Origin: Candidatus Poribacteria bacterium | GTDB lineage: Bacteria > Poribacteria > WGA-4E > PCPOR2b | Reading direction: 5' to 3' | Length of the DNA stretch: 64,000 bases | Assembly (NCBI GenBank): GCA_965208675.1 | Contig: OZ242351.1 | Coordinates: 2,272,001-2,336,000, forward strand | Shown: piece after piece, positions 51,243 to 61,904 of the stretch | How positions within the stretch are numbered: the first letter of the stretch is position 1 | How the letters are laid out: each line of letters starts with the position of its first letter | The notes under the pieces: generated by a model | Database searches by the model: none | What the model saw: the letters and a program-made list of their open reading frames with translations, nothing else | Told to the model about the DNA's origin: nothing | Program-made: the position numbers and the translations under genes

Positions 51243-51797
51243 CTACTCGAAAACGGGAATTCCCATTTTATCCAACGTCATATGAATTGAATGCTGCCAT
51301 AAATTTGACCTTCTATTGATGCTTCGAGAATTTAACACGTCAATTTCGGTGACAACTGCTAGAATTTCCATTGATTCCTTTTTAGTAAATTTAACTTGTT
51401 GCTCAGGGGTCGTGAAGGTTTGCACTATGTAATCGGCAGTAATTTCGTCGAACGCAAAATATCTTTCGGTTACTTTTGCCTCCGCGGATCTAATTGCTTG
51501 AGCACCAGATCCTTGTATGCCTTCCGCTCCGTGAACTCCTTTCTCCGTCATGACTTCTTTTGTAACGGGCCGGGCGACGACCTTGACTCCTGCGCTGATA
51601 ATTGCATTCTCGATCTCATTTGCAAACCAAACTTCATGAGAATAATTGTTAGCTGGAATAACAACAAACGATGGATATTTTGGCACATTACGAAGGACTA
51701 CATATTGCGTTTTTCCGCAACTCGATAAAGCAAATGATAAAAAAACGACAATTAACGCTTTTATCGGTGTTCTTAGTTTCAATCTATCGATCTCCAA
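51243..51797 (-). CDS. Hypothetical lipoprotein
   Basis: Hydrophobic N-terminus ending LSSC; 184 aa; start uncertain. Confidence 0.65.
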   Translation of the reverse strand: MEIDRLKLRTPIKALIVVFLSFALSSCGKTQYVVLRNVPKYPSFVVIPANNYSHEVWFANEIENAIISAGVKVVARPVTKEVMTEKGVHGAEGIQGSGAQAIRSAEAKVTERYFAFDEITADYIVQTFTTPEQQVKFTKKESMEILAVVTEIDVLNSRSINRRSNLWQHSIHMTLDKMGIPVFE

Positions 51798-52055
51798 TTT
51801 TACGTAAATTTAATTTGGATTAGTGAAACATACTCCCCGAATGAAAATGCCACATCGGAGTCACATGATAATTCCTCTGCGCTTAAGGCATCATTGACCA
51901 GGTTAAAGTCAATGACACTAAACTCTACTTTCGTGGGGGCACTCATTTTCCAAATTGTGCTTTCAGATTTAGGACACTTACATGACGATTTTTTTAGCAT
52001 ATCAATTGAGTAAAATGAAAATCCATGAGAAATCGCACACAGACGGGGAAGGCGA

Positions 52056-52110
52056 GTGAAACCCAACACTTGAGAGTGATTAGTTGGTGAGATTGGGTGT
52101 TGGGTTTCAC
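52056..52110. repeat. Inner arms of the REP-like element (partial copy G)
   Basis: Perfect 14-bp IR gtgaaacccaacac/gtgttgggtttcac. Confidence 0.7.
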
Positions 52111-52209
52111 GGTAGAAGCATGCTAAAACACCGTTGTTGAAAGCCAGAGGCTTTATTGTTGTTTATGGAGATTTGCTTTTTTCCAATCAATTCAACCTCT
52201 GGCGAAAAT

Positions 52210-53457
52210 CTAATCTATCAGTTGTGAAACTGTCGCAGCCGCGGCGGCGAGCGCTTCTTCTACGCGGCGGTTGGTCTCTGCATCAATGGCGTTGGGATGG
52301 ATGGCAGAGATGGGTCCGTCTTGGTGAAGGTCACCGGAGATGACGGTAATCTGATCGACAGGGAATAGATCGAGGGTTTGGGCAAACGGTTCGATTAAAT
52401 CCTCAAACTTTTCAATGATGTAGGTTGTCAGCCCGGGATCGCCTGCCGAACGGAGGATTTCGATGGTTCGCTTGAGTTGGGTGAGTTCGGCTTGCGCCTG
52501 CCCTCGGATGGTCGCGGCTTGAGCTTCCGCCTCTTGAATCATCTTTTCTTTTGTCGCAGACGCGGGGACGATGGTATCCGCCTCGCATCTTGCCCGCACC
52601 ATCTCGATTCGCTGCGTTTCAGCCTCAATCTGCGCCTGAATGCCCGCGACCTCAGAGTCCGCGTTGCGGGTCTCTTCCTGCGCATCAATGGCGCCGCGCT
52701 GATTCTCTTCTGCAGTCTTGACCTTTGCCTCTGCGTCGATCCGTTGATGCTCGTTTTCAAGCTCGCGGACAGACACTTCAGCCCGGCGTTCTTCCGACTG
52801 CTCCTTTGCGGCGGCGCGCGCGTTCGCTTGCGCCTCCCGGGATTGCGCTTCGGCATCGGCAGTTTGAATGCGTTTGAGCAGCGCGATGTACAGGTCGGGT
52901 TCTTCAACGCCTTCGAGCCGATGATCGTCCACGTCAGCGATATTCATGGTGGTGATTTCCAGGCCGATGCCTTCCAGATCGGATTTGCAGACCTTAATCA
53001 TGTTCTGGATAAGCTGGTCTTTCTGGCTCATCACCTCTTCGGGCGTCATTGCTGCAATGGAGTCGCGCAGATGCCCTTCAATGATAGACGTGGCAATGGC
53101 TTGCAGTTCATCCCAGTTCCGGGTCATGTTCAGGATGCGCTTGACTGCGTTGACAAGCCCCTTCTCGGTTTTCGCGACCGCATAGCTGACGGTTGCTTTT
53201 ACGGTCAGGGGAACAATTCCCTCGGCAATGGCAGACTCCACAACCACCGTCGTGGTTTGAGGGGTTAAGTCCATGGTGCTAAAGCGGTTGATGAGCGGAA
53301 ACACGAAAACGCGCCCGCCTCGGAACGTACTGAAACTGCCGCCTCTGCCGTGCACCACGGCAAGTTCGCTCGGGGGAATCAGCTTCATCTTCATCACAAG
53401 TTGAAGGATTAACGTAATGAAGATGAGTAGTCCGAGTATAATGAGGAAGAGTATCAT
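52210..53457 (-). CDS. Flotillin/SPFH domain protein
   Basis: N-terminal TM, GGRVFVFP, IIEGHLR..IA.MT.EE, DL..IGL.I..MNI.D, Ala/Glu-rich coiled coil. Confidence 0.9.
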   Translation of the reverse strand: MILFLIILGLLIFITLILQLVMKMKLIPPSELAVVHGRGGSFSTFRGGRVFVFPLINRFSTMDLTPQTTTVVVESAIAEGIVPLTVKATVSYAVAKTEKGLVNAVKRILNMTRNWDELQAIATSIIEGHLRDSIAAMTPEEVMSQKDQLIQNMIKVCKSDLEGIGLEITTMNIADVDDHRLEGVEEPDLYIALLKRIQTADAEAQSREAQANARAAAKEQSEERRAEVSVRELENEHQRIDAEAKVKTAEENQRGAIDAQEETRNADSEVAGIQAQIEAETQRIEMVRARCEADTIVPASATKEKMIQEAEAQAATIRGQAQAELTQLKRTIEILRSAGDPGLTTYIIEKFEDLIEPFAQTLDLFPVDQITVISGDLHQDGPISAIHPNAIDAETNRRVEEALAAAAATVSQLID

Positions 53458-54914
53458 GATGCACCTCCTTGCTGAGTTGTCGCAGATTCGGCGGCATTTG
53501 CCTCGTCTGCACCCCTCTGCGTGATTAGGTTTTTCACACTAATGCCGAAGCCCTGCTCAAAGCATCTCAAGAAATCGACAAATGCCGCTGGACCTCGATT
53601 GACAGCGCTATTGAAACCGTCTTCTTCGTTGAGCACCAGCAAATTATCGACCTTTAACGACTTCGCATGTGAGCGGTACGCTTCAAAAAGGTGCGGCAAC
53701 TGCGTAATGAACAGCGCGATTTTGCCCGTATCTCCAGTCTCTTTGAGTAAATCTACTTTCTGTTGGAGAAGTTCATTCTCCGTCTGCTGAACAATCTCAA
53801 CGGCTTTCCCCTCGCCTTCCGCCAGAATCTCCGCAGCGCGGCGATTGGCTTCAGCCTCCACAATAACCTCGGAACGGTTCTTCAGCTTTTGAAGTTCCGC
53901 CGTGACTTCCTCTATGCGCCTCTGACCCGTACTCCTGGCTTTGACGATGCCGCTGTCCGCCTCAAGTTTTGCGCGGTGGATGGCTGCGTCGGATTGGCGG
54001 CGAAACAGTTCAACGCCTTGCCGAGCTTGAAGAATTTTCTCCGTGGCGCGGTTTTCAGCCACTAACATTCGGCGTTTTGAATCGGATTCGGCGCGTTCGG
54101 CACGCGCTTGCAGCCGCGCCTCCTCGATTTCTACCTCCTAGCGTTTGCGCGAAAGGGTTTTGTTCGCAAGATTGGCGATGTAGTTCGATGTATCCCAAAT
54201 CCGTTGGAGCGACACCGAGACCACATTCATACCGAATGCGCTTAAATCCTCACGGCAATCCTCAAGCAACAGATGCCGGAAGATTGCCCGATCGCCGTCT
54301 TTGGATTCCGGCGTTGCGGCTGGAGGTGAATCGTCCGCGCCTTGTTCGATATTCGCTGCGTTACCCTCTGAAGGTTCGCTAGCGGCGGAAGTTTTGACTG
54401 TTTCTGCCTGCTCCTCACTGTCCACACTCTCGTCCATGCCGATTGCCTGCAACGGCGTGGTTTTGTTGAGTGTCGCACGGAAGTTGCCAATCATTGTCTG
54501 CTGAATCTGTTCTTGGATCTGTACGCGCGATTTTCCAAGCAGTTGCTGCACAGCGCTGTAGAGCAACACCTTGTCCATGTCGTCGATGCAAACGCACGCC
54601 GTCGCGTCCGATCCGACGGTGATACCGTTTGCCGAATTCACATTATCGACCTGTACGTTTATCGGAATGATTGTGATATCAATGAACCGGGCACTCTGAA
54701 TGAACGGAATGACGAAGGTCCAACCGCCTTTTTGAAGCCGGAAACCGTATTTTTTGCCTTCAACGACGGTTTGTACGCCTCCGGTAACGACCAGAATATG
54801 ATTAGATGGACAGACACGCACCAAAGCGCGCAGCCCCGCAATCAATATAAGGAAAACGATGACTGCGAGAACGCCGCCGGCAATGCCGCCGCCTTGGCTA
54901 AGGATTTCTTCCAT
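53454..54914 (-). pseudogene. Flotillin/SPFH gene split by one in-frame TAG (54138-54140)
   Basis: ORF 54138..54914 and ORF 53454..54068 are in the same frame, joined by 23 sense codons (EVEIEEARLQARAERAESDSKRR). Confidence 0.8.
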
Positions 54915-54920
54915 TTTTGT

Positions 54921-55589
54921 CTACTCCTTTGCAATTTTTTCGTGCTCGACGTAAACACACTCAGGGGTAACGTTGGTCACCCAAACCGTATCCCCTTTTT
55001 CAAACTGGGTGTTTGGTTCGGCAGCTAGCGCGTACTGTTCGGTCACATTCATACCGACCCGAACACGCACTTTACCCATCGTGTCATGTGTAAGTGGAAC
55101 GATAACCGTTGCTCGTTGGAAGTAAAGTTCTTCTGATTGGAGGGATGAATCCGTGTCGGTGCGCTGGAATCGGAAGAATGCCTGCGCCAACACAAAAGCC
55201 GCCAGCCCCGCCGGCACCGCCCAGACTAAACTCTTTACCGCGCTGTTTCCCAAAGTAATGGCTACCCAGCCGGTAGGTCCAAAACCGAGACAGAAATAGA
55301 CGAGGCTGCGCAGGTAGGAAAGAACCGACAGCACAGCTACCCTGCCGGTCGGGTGAGTGATATCCGCGGGCGCTGTTTTTCCCGAGTGAACTTCATCTGG
55401 CGGCAGATCGGTGTCGAAGTTCATGTTGCCGTGCTCAACTTCGCCGCCCTGCGCATCACCTGCATCGGGTGCGTCCGCAGCGTCTCCGCCATCGTCTTGA
55501 CTTCCGCTCAAGAATCCAAGGAAATCAAGGACTGTAATGCTCACAGAAAACAGTGTACAACCGATGTAAACGCCATTGAGCCAGCCCAT
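54921..55589 (-). CDS. NfeD/YuaF-like membrane protein
   Basis: TM helices, acidic loop, YFCLGFG..G, C-terminal OB-like ATVIVP...GKVRV...GDTVWV; first gene of the flotillin operon. Confidence 0.82.
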   Translation of the reverse strand: MGWLNGVYIGCTLFSVSITVLDFLGFLSGSQDDGGDAADAPDAGDAQGGEVEHGNMNFDTDLPPDEVHSGKTAPADITHPTGRVAVLSVLSYLRSLVYFCLGFGPTGWVAITLGNSAVKSLVWAVPAGLAAFVLAQAFFRFQRTDTDSSLQSEELYFQRATVIVPLTHDTMGKVRVRVGMNVTEQYALAAEPNTQFEKGDTVWVTNVTPECVYVEHEKIAKE

Positions 55590-55735
55590 CAGACACCTCC
55601 TTGTAATGGGGAAGTTGGAGTGAATGGGGTAGATGACTATGTTGCTCTTGAAACGCCTTAATGGTTTGCGGCGATGCTATTCATCAACCGGTATCTTTGG
55701 CTACTGAACGCCGCTCATTATATCCATTGAGGCAA

Positions 55736-55764
55736 AGATTAACACAAGAATGTTAATGTGTCAA
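55736..55764 (-). promoter_or_regulatory. sigma70-like promoter with overlapping 7-6-7 palindrome
   Basis: Minus strand TTGACA-17 nt-TAATCT; attaaca-caagaa-tgttaat at 55738-55757. Confidence 0.6.
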
Positions 55765-55831
55765 GCGTTCTAGCTCGACATCAGCGCCTTATCGGGATTA
55801 GCGGTTCGTGCGTAACGCGGGCAAGGTTTTT

Positions 55832-56095
55832 TTAGGATGGATTGAGCGGATTATATCAGATACACAACGAAAGAAATATAACGTCATGGATAGAAACTCA
55901 TGCTATTGCAAAAATTCATAAAGCGTATCTCAATGCTTTTCCTAGTTCCGAACCAGTTCCGATAAGCGGAACACATCCCAATTAACAAAAAGCGTTGGGT
56001 TACGCTGCGGCAATCAAAATTCCTGACGCAATCAAATCACTAAACGCGCGCGGCATAGCTACATTTCTTCACCAATACCGCTAAACCCAACCTAC
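55832..56095. repeat. Modular expanded-loop REP/REPIN-like element, copy E
   Basis: Degenerate left arm taggatggattgagcggat; gaacacatcccaattaacaaaaagcGTTGGGTTACG-74 nt-CGCTAAACCCAACCTAC matches copy D. Confidence 0.78.
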
Positions 56096-56221
56096 GGGGG
56101 AATCGCATGTGATTGTAGACAGGTAAGAGAGAAGGGGAAGGGAGGAGGTGACTTGGTTTTTACGCTTAAAAATAGGCTGAGAGGTGTATGCCGCGAGCCG
56201 CAATTTGCGGTTATCGAAGCG

Positions 56222-58858
56222 TCACGCTTCGTCTTTGATAGCGGCTTGCGCCGCAGCGAGGCGGGCAATCGGAACTCGGAACGGTGAACAACTCACATAG
56301 TCCAACCCTAAACGATGGCAGAACTCGACCGAACTCGGTTCACCGCCGTGCTCGCCGCAGATACCGACCTTGAGATCGGGGCGGGTTTGACGCCCCCGTT
56401 CTGTGCCGATTTGCACGAGTTCCCCCACGCCATCCTTATCGAGTATTTGGAATGGATCACCTTCTAAGATGTCGCTCTCAACGTAATGCTCCAGAAATTT
56501 TCCGATATCGTCTCGACTCAGTCCGAACGTGGTTTGCGTCAGGTCGTTTGTCCCAAAAGAGAAGAATTCCGCCGCTTCAGCGATTTCGTTTCCTGTTAAT
56601 GCCGCTCTAGGGAGCTCTATCATTGTGCCGACGAGGTAATCGACTCTGACACCGCTGCCATTGAACACCGCTTCCGCAGTATCAATGACTATCTGGCGTT
56701 GTAACACCAGCTCTTTGACATGGCCGACCAAGGGAATCATAATCTCGGGAATGACTTTAATCCCACGTTTGGCCGCATCCACGGCGGCTTCAAAGATGGC
56801 GCGCGCTTGCATTTCCGTAATTTCCGGATAGACAATACCGAGACGGCAGCCGCGGTGGCCCAACATCGGGTTTGTCTCGCGCAGCGATTCCACTTGCTTG
56901 CGCAGCACGTCGGGGGAACTACCGGTTTTATCCGCAAGTGCGTAAATCTCCTCGTCGGTATGCGGCAAGAATTCATGAAGCGGCGGATCTAAAGTTCGGA
57001 TTGTGACAGGATAACCGTCAATTGCCTCAAAAATTCCGATGAAGTCCTCTAGTTGGTAAGGCAGTAACTTCGCCAATGCGCGTTTTCGCCCTTTTTCATT
57101 TCGCGCGAGGATCATTTCCCGCATCGCATCAATTTGATCTCCCTCAAAGAACATGTGCTCTGTACGGCAAAGCCCAATACCTTCCGCGCCAAATTCCCTC
57201 GCCTTCTTAGTATCCGACGGTGTGTCGGCATTGGTACGAACGCCAAGTTTCCTAAATTCGTCCGACCATTCCATGAGCGTTGCAAATTCACGGCTCAATG
57301 TGGGTTCAATCAGTTCGACCGCCCCGGCAATAACTTCACCTGTTGACCCATTCAGCGTAATGTAGTCGCCTTCCTCGAATTGCAGTGTATTGACGTGAAA
57401 TTCCTTGTTCGCTGCATTGACGACGATGGCGCTGCACCCGGCAACACAGCTTTTTCCCATACCGCGTGCGACGACGGCGGCATGAGATGTCATTCCACCG
57501 CGCGATGTAAGAATTCCCGCAGCCGCATACATCCCGCCAATGTCTTCCGGCGAAGTCTCCGACCGCACCAATATAACGTCCTCACCTTCGTGCGCTAGTT
57601 CCTCGGCACGATTCGCAGTGAAAACTACTTTGCCGACGGCGGCACCGGGAGAGGCGGGAAGGCCTTTCGCAATCACATCAACAGTTGAATTGGGATCAAT
57701 CATCGAATGCAACAGTTGGTCAAGGTCGTTCGGCGGTACACGCATCACAGCGGTCCGCTTATCAATTAGACCTTCATTGACCATTTCAACAGCTACGCGC
57801 ACGGCTGCATGACCTGTCCGCTTACCTGCACGGGTTTGAAGCATAAAGAGGCGCCCATCTTGAATGGTGAATTCCAAATCCTGCATATCGCGATAGTGCG
57901 TTTCAAGTCGACCGGCAGTTTCCACCAACTGATTATACGCATCCGGCAAAATGGTACGGAGGTCGTCAATGGGGAGCGGCGTACGGATGCCCGCGACGAC
58001 ATCTTCGCCTTGTGCATTTACCAAAAACTCGCCGTAGAAGCGATTTTCTCCCGTTGACGGATTTCGCGTAAATGCAACCCCCGTCGCTGAATTGCCGCCC
58101 AAATTTCCAAAGACCATGGCTTGAACGTTTACAGCGGTTTGTCCTTGATCGTCGGGGATGTTGTTCAATCGGCGGTAGATAACCGCTCTTTCATTATTCG
58201 ACGATTCAAACACCGCGTCACGAGCCATATCCAACTGCCGACGTACGTCTTCCGGGAAGTCGGCTCCCGTAGCCCGTTTGACAGCCGTTTTGAATTCCAA
58301 AATGAGTTCTGCGAGATCGCCCGCCTCTAATTCGGTGTCCAGTTCAACGCCTTTTGCCTTCTTCTTCGCTTCCAACAGATGCTCAAAAGTATCATGTTTA
58401 ACGTTGAGAACGACGTTGCCGAACATCTGTACGAACCGGCGGTAAGCGTCGTAAGCGAATCGTTCGGATCCCGACTTGGCAATCAGACCCTTGACCGTGT
58501 CATCGTTTAAGCCGAGATTGAGAATCGTATCCATCATGCCCGGCATCGAAATTGCGGCGCCTGATCTCACAGACACCAGCAACGGATTTTCCGGCTCGGC
58601 GAACTTAGTCCCCATTGCAGATTCGAGCTTTCCCAAATTTTCATCAATTTGTTGCTCTAGCCCGTCCGGATATGTTTTTTGATTCGCGTAATAGAACTTG
58701 CAGACCTCTGTGGATATGGTGTATCCGGGGGGGACTGGTATGCCTAAGTTTGTCATTTCCGCGAGATTCGCACCCTTGCCGCCGAGCAGCGCACGCATCT
58801 CAGCGCTTCCGTCAGCTTTCCCCTCGCCGAAAAAATACACATATTTGGAATGAGACAT
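56222..58858 (-). CDS. ppdK: Pyruvate phosphate dikinase
   Basis: LLGGKGANLAEM, LLVSVRSGA, GGMTSHAAVVARG, GIGLCRTEHMF, FSFGTNDLTQ, GICGEHGG. Confidence 0.99.
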   Translation of the reverse strand: MSHSKYVYFFGEGKADGSAEMRALLGGKGANLAEMTNLGIPVPPGYTISTEVCKFYYANQKTYPDGLEQQIDENLGKLESAMGTKFAEPENPLLVSVRSGAAISMPGMMDTILNLGLNDDTVKGLIAKSGSERFAYDAYRRFVQMFGNVVLNVKHDTFEHLLEAKKKAKGVELDTELEAGDLAELILEFKTAVKRATGADFPEDVRRQLDMARDAVFESSNNERAVIYRRLNNIPDDQGQTAVNVQAMVFGNLGGNSATGVAFTRNPSTGENRFYGEFLVNAQGEDVVAGIRTPLPIDDLRTILPDAYNQLVETAGRLETHYRDMQDLEFTIQDGRLFMLQTRAGKRTGHAAVRVAVEMVNEGLIDKRTAVMRVPPNDLDQLLHSMIDPNSTVDVIAKGLPASPGAAVGKVVFTANRAEELAHEGEDVILVRSETSPEDIGGMYAAAGILTSRGGMTSHAAVVARGMGKSCVAGCSAIVVNAANKEFHVNTLQFEEGDYITLNGSTGEVIAGAVELIEPTLSREFATLMEWSDEFRKLGVRTNADTPSDTKKAREFGAEGIGLCRTEHMFFEGDQIDAMREMILARNEKGRKRALAKLLPYQLEDFIGIFEAIDGYPVTIRTLDPPLHEFLPHTDEEIYALADKTGSSPDVLRKQVESLRETNPMLGHRGCRLGIVYPEITEMQARAIFEAAVDAAKRGIKVIPEIMIPLVGHVKELVLQRQIVIDTAEAVFNGSGVRVDYLVGTMIELPRAALTGNEIAEAAEFFSFGTNDLTQTTFGLSRDDIGKFLEHYVESDILEGDPFQILDKDGVGELVQIGTERGRQTRPDLKVGICGEHGGEPSSVEFCHRLGLDYVSCSPFRVPIARLAAAQAAIKDEA

Positions 58859-58937
58859 CTTAACCCTCTTTTGAATCGTCCCTATGTTGGTATTGCGTTG
58901 AACAATAGTTACGGATGCGGCATTGAAAATTCAACAA

Positions 58938-58964
58938 AGAAAATCCCTCCGCAAAGGGAGGGAT
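58938..58964 (-). terminator. Putative intrinsic terminator after pafA
   Basis: Stem atccctcc/ggagggat, then tttcttt on the minus strand. Confidence 0.6.
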
Positions 58965-59001
58965 ATATGAACGCAGATTGGAAAGTTCCGCCGTACCGGA
59001 T

Positions 59002-60360
59002 TTAAATTGAATAAATCATACGGCTTGCTTCGTCAAAATCCACCTGAAAGGGGTTGGTTGAAAGGTAGAGCTTTTGGTAGGGTTCGTACAGTTGAATGTA
59101 ACTCCAATTGACGCCGCAGAGCACCTTCCTTTCGTTTGCCAGCTTTACAAAACGCCCCCGGAATTTTGCGCGGGTGGTTTCCGGTGGATAGTGCATAGCG
59201 TTCTCAATATCCTTATCGGTAACCATTTTTTGAACAAGATCTTTTTTTTCAAGTTTATAATACAATCCGCGATCTGGGCGGATATTGTGGTACTGTAGAT
59301 CGAGCATCATGACTTTTGCCGAGTCCCATTTAAGGCGGCGTTGGGTGACATAGGTTTCAATCAATTTTTTCTTGGCGACCCAATCCAGTATTCGATCTAG
59401 TTGCATAGGGTCTGTTTCCAAACAGGTCAAAATACCTTCCCAGTACGCCATAATCTTGTTTTCGTCGGGACTCGATTCTTCATGCTCAAAATACAGTTTA
59501 GCGCATTCGAGATACTCTCGTTGAAGTTCCACCGCAGATAGCCGCTTGCCGCTCTCCAATTCAATCTGTTGGGTACAGGTCGTATCTTCCGAGATTTGCT
59601 GGATTGCTCGTACAGAATCGCGCAAAGCCAAACGCTTTTTTATGAAATTGTCCTCAATCATCCGCAAGACAATTGAAGTGGTTCCAACCTTTAAAAATGT
59701 CGCTAACTCAGACATATTGGAATCGCCGACGATAACGTGCAACCGCCTATATTTTTCTCGATCGGCGTGCGGTTCATCGCGTGTATTTATGATTCCCCGA
59801 GCTGTTGTCGTTGCAATGGAGATTTCCTCACGGATATGCTGGGCGCGCTGAGAAATAACGTATTTGCCTCGGTTGGTCGGTTTAACTTTGCCGGCGCCCG
59901 CAAAAACTTGGCGAGTGACAAAAAATGGAATCAACTGTGAAGCGAGTTGACGGAAGCTAACGTGCCGCTCCATTAGGTAGTTTTCGTGACAACCGTAGGT
60001 GTTTCCGGGCGTATCCGTGTTATTCTTGAAAACTGAAATTCTCCCAAGGAAGCCATCAAATCGCATCTTACGTTCCGCAGCAACGGATAGCCGCTCAATA
60101 ATCCGCTCACCGGCTTTGTCATGAATCACGACATCCGTTACACTATCGCATTCGGGGGTGGCGTATTCCGGATGGCAACCAATATCCTGATAAAATCGAG
60201 CCCCATTTTCTAGAAATACATCCGGATACATTCGTCCAGAGATGATTTCGCGAAAGAGATACATCACGGCATTTTGGATGGATAGCGCTTTGCCGCCTCG
60301 CCGATCGGATGTACAAATTATCCCGTATTCATTTTCTAAGCCATAAATTCTACGATTCAC
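59002..60360 (-). CDS. pafA: Pup-protein ligase
   Basis: RRIYGLENEYG, FLENGARFY.D.G.HPEYAT.ECD, YGCHENY, INTRDEPHAD, RRLHVIVGDSNM, DLQYH, TRAKFRG. Confidence 0.93.
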   Translation of the reverse strand: MNRRIYGLENEYGIICTSDRRGGKALSIQNAVMYLFREIISGRMYPDVFLENGARFYQDIGCHPEYATPECDSVTDVVIHDKAGERIIERLSVAAERKMRFDGFLGRISVFKNNTDTPGNTYGCHENYLMERHVSFRQLASQLIPFFVTRQVFAGAGKVKPTNRGKYVISQRAQHIREEISIATTTARGIINTRDEPHADREKYRRLHVIVGDSNMSELATFLKVGTTSIVLRMIEDNFIKKRLALRDSVRAIQQISEDTTCTQQIELESGKRLSAVELQREYLECAKLYFEHEESSPDENKIMAYWEGILTCLETDPMQLDRILDWVAKKKLIETYVTQRRLKWDSAKVMMLDLQYHNIRPDRGLYYKLEKKDLVQKMVTDKDIENAMHYPPETTRAKFRGRFVKLANERKVLCGVNWSYIQLYEPYQKLYLSTNPFQVDFDEASRMIYSI

Positions 60361-61070
60361 GATGATAATATCTCTTCGAGTTCATCCGGCAGGAGACGCC
60401 TGAATTTGCGTCTATTTCTATTTTCATCAAGGACAGCGACTTCAAGCGTGTCAGCCGAAATGTGATATCTCTCATCTTCCTCCGCCTGCGCCTCAATGGT
60501 TTCAAAGCCATTTACAGCAAGCTTTACCGCATCCTTCAACTCTAATCCATCTTCGTACGCACCCTCAAGGAATTCTGAAATTTCATCCGATCGCCCGCCA
60601 ATAATTGCATACTTCTGTTCTTCCCAAAAAGTGCCGTCAAACGAAAGCTGATAGATTCTATGACTCGAATCCGGATCCGCCCTAAGTTCGCAAAGAAGCA
60701 GTTCGACTTCAAGCGGTTTTGTATCTGTTTGCCAGAAAATTGCGGCAATTCGCTGTGAAAAAATGTTATTCGTTAACCATTTCGCAGTAACATCTGCACG
60801 GTTGAACGTATAACCCTTGATTTCTGCTTCTCGGATGCCGAGGTATCTTAGGGCTTCATATTCTGCGATACGGCCAGTAGCGGCGAGTGCAATTCGATCA
60901 TAAATTTCCGAAATCTTGAAGAGTGTCGTCAACGGGTTTTCCGCAACCATCACGATGCCGTCTTTGTATTCTAGAACAATAACCTCTTTGGCTCTTTCGA
61001 TGCCGGTGCGGACAAAATCAGCTTTGTCCTGCATGATTTGTTCCGGCGACACATAATACGGTGTGGACAT
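60357..61070 (-). CDS. prcA: 20S proteasome alpha subunit
   Basis: PYYVSPEQIMQDKADF.R.GI, KISEIYDRI, KPLEVE, LEVAVLD. Confidence 0.93.
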   Translation of the reverse strand: MSTPYYVSPEQIMQDKADFVRTGIERAKEVIVLEYKDGIVMVAENPLTTLFKISEIYDRIALAATGRIAEYEALRYLGIREAEIKGYTFNRADVTAKWLTNNIFSQRIAAIFWQTDTKPLEVELLLCELRADPDSSHRIYQLSFDGTFWEEQKYAIIGGRSDEISEFLEGAYEDGLELKDAVKLAVNGFETIEAQAEEDERYHISADTLEVAVLDENRNRRKFRRLLPDELEEILSS

Positions 61071-61085
61071 CAACACCTCCTCTCG

Positions 61086-61904
61086 TTACATCTCTCTGAG
61101 GCTTGCAATTAATTCAGTGTAGAGCCGTTCGACCTCTGAATCCGCAATGTCTGAAACGCCCGTTCGATCGATGCATTTGATTGTTGGGTAAATTCCACGA
61201 ATCAAATCCGGTCCCGCTGTCCCCAAGTCCTCATCGGCGGCATCCCAAAGCGCTTCGGCAACAACCTTCAATACCTCATCATGGGCCACATCCTTGCGGT
61301 AACGTTTCTTTAAGGTTGTCTGTGCATCCTTGCCGCCGGATCCTATCGCGTGATAATCTGCTTCTTCATACCGCCCGCCGGTAACATCATATTTAAAGAT
61401 CTTGGCTTGTTTCTCCTTTGGATCATAACCGGCAAAAATTGGAATGACATATAATCCCTGCAGCGCCATACCAAGATTCGACTTCACCATGTTTGACAAA
61501 TGATTTGCCTTGCCTTCCAAACTCAAGGTTGTGCCTTCTATTTTTTCGTAAAACTCAACCTCAACTTGGAACAGTTTTGCCATTTCAATACACGGCCCAG
61601 CGACGCCAGCGATCGCAATCGCTGAATGTTCATCTACTTCATAAACTTTCTGGATGCGCCGCTCGCCGACCTGAAACCCTTCTACAGCCTGACGATCCCC
61701 GGCAATAATCACTCCCTCTTTGTAGACAGCCGCTAACACCGTAGTGCCTTTGAGCGCATCAAGTGAAACGGCATGATGCTGCGCGCTTGGCAGCGGAACG
61801 TCGGATAACGACTCCGTGTTGAATGCGGCATACAGTTCAGGACGCCTGCGCTTGAGGATTTCAAGGAAATCGGAATTGCCGTAGTCGGCTACATCAAGCA
61901 GCAC
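61086..61904 (-). CDS. prcB: 20S proteasome beta subunit (propeptide plus Thr1)
   Basis: KG/TTVLA...AGDR.A..G, IAG.AG, LSLEGKAN.L, GSG, AADED..T.GPD..RGIYP. Confidence 0.95.
   Translation of the reverse strand: MLLDVADYGNSDFLEILKRRRPELYAAFNTESLSDVPLPSAQHHAVSLDALKGTTVLAAVYKEGVIIAGDRQAVEGFQVGERRIQKVYEVDEHSAIAIAGVAGPCIEMAKLFQVEVEFYEKIEGTTLSLEGKANHLSNMVKSNLGMALQGLYVIPIFAGYDPKEKQAKIFKYDVTGGRYEEADYHAIGSGGKDAQTTLKKRYRKDVAHDEVLKVVAEALWDAADEDLGTAGPDLIRGIYPTIKCIDRTGVSDIADSEVERLYTELIASLREM

Noticed and set aside
54138-54140. Pyrrolysine or genome-wide amber recoding
   Set aside because: No pyl genes in the window, and TAG ends conserved genes normally (urtD, rnhA, ileS, pup).
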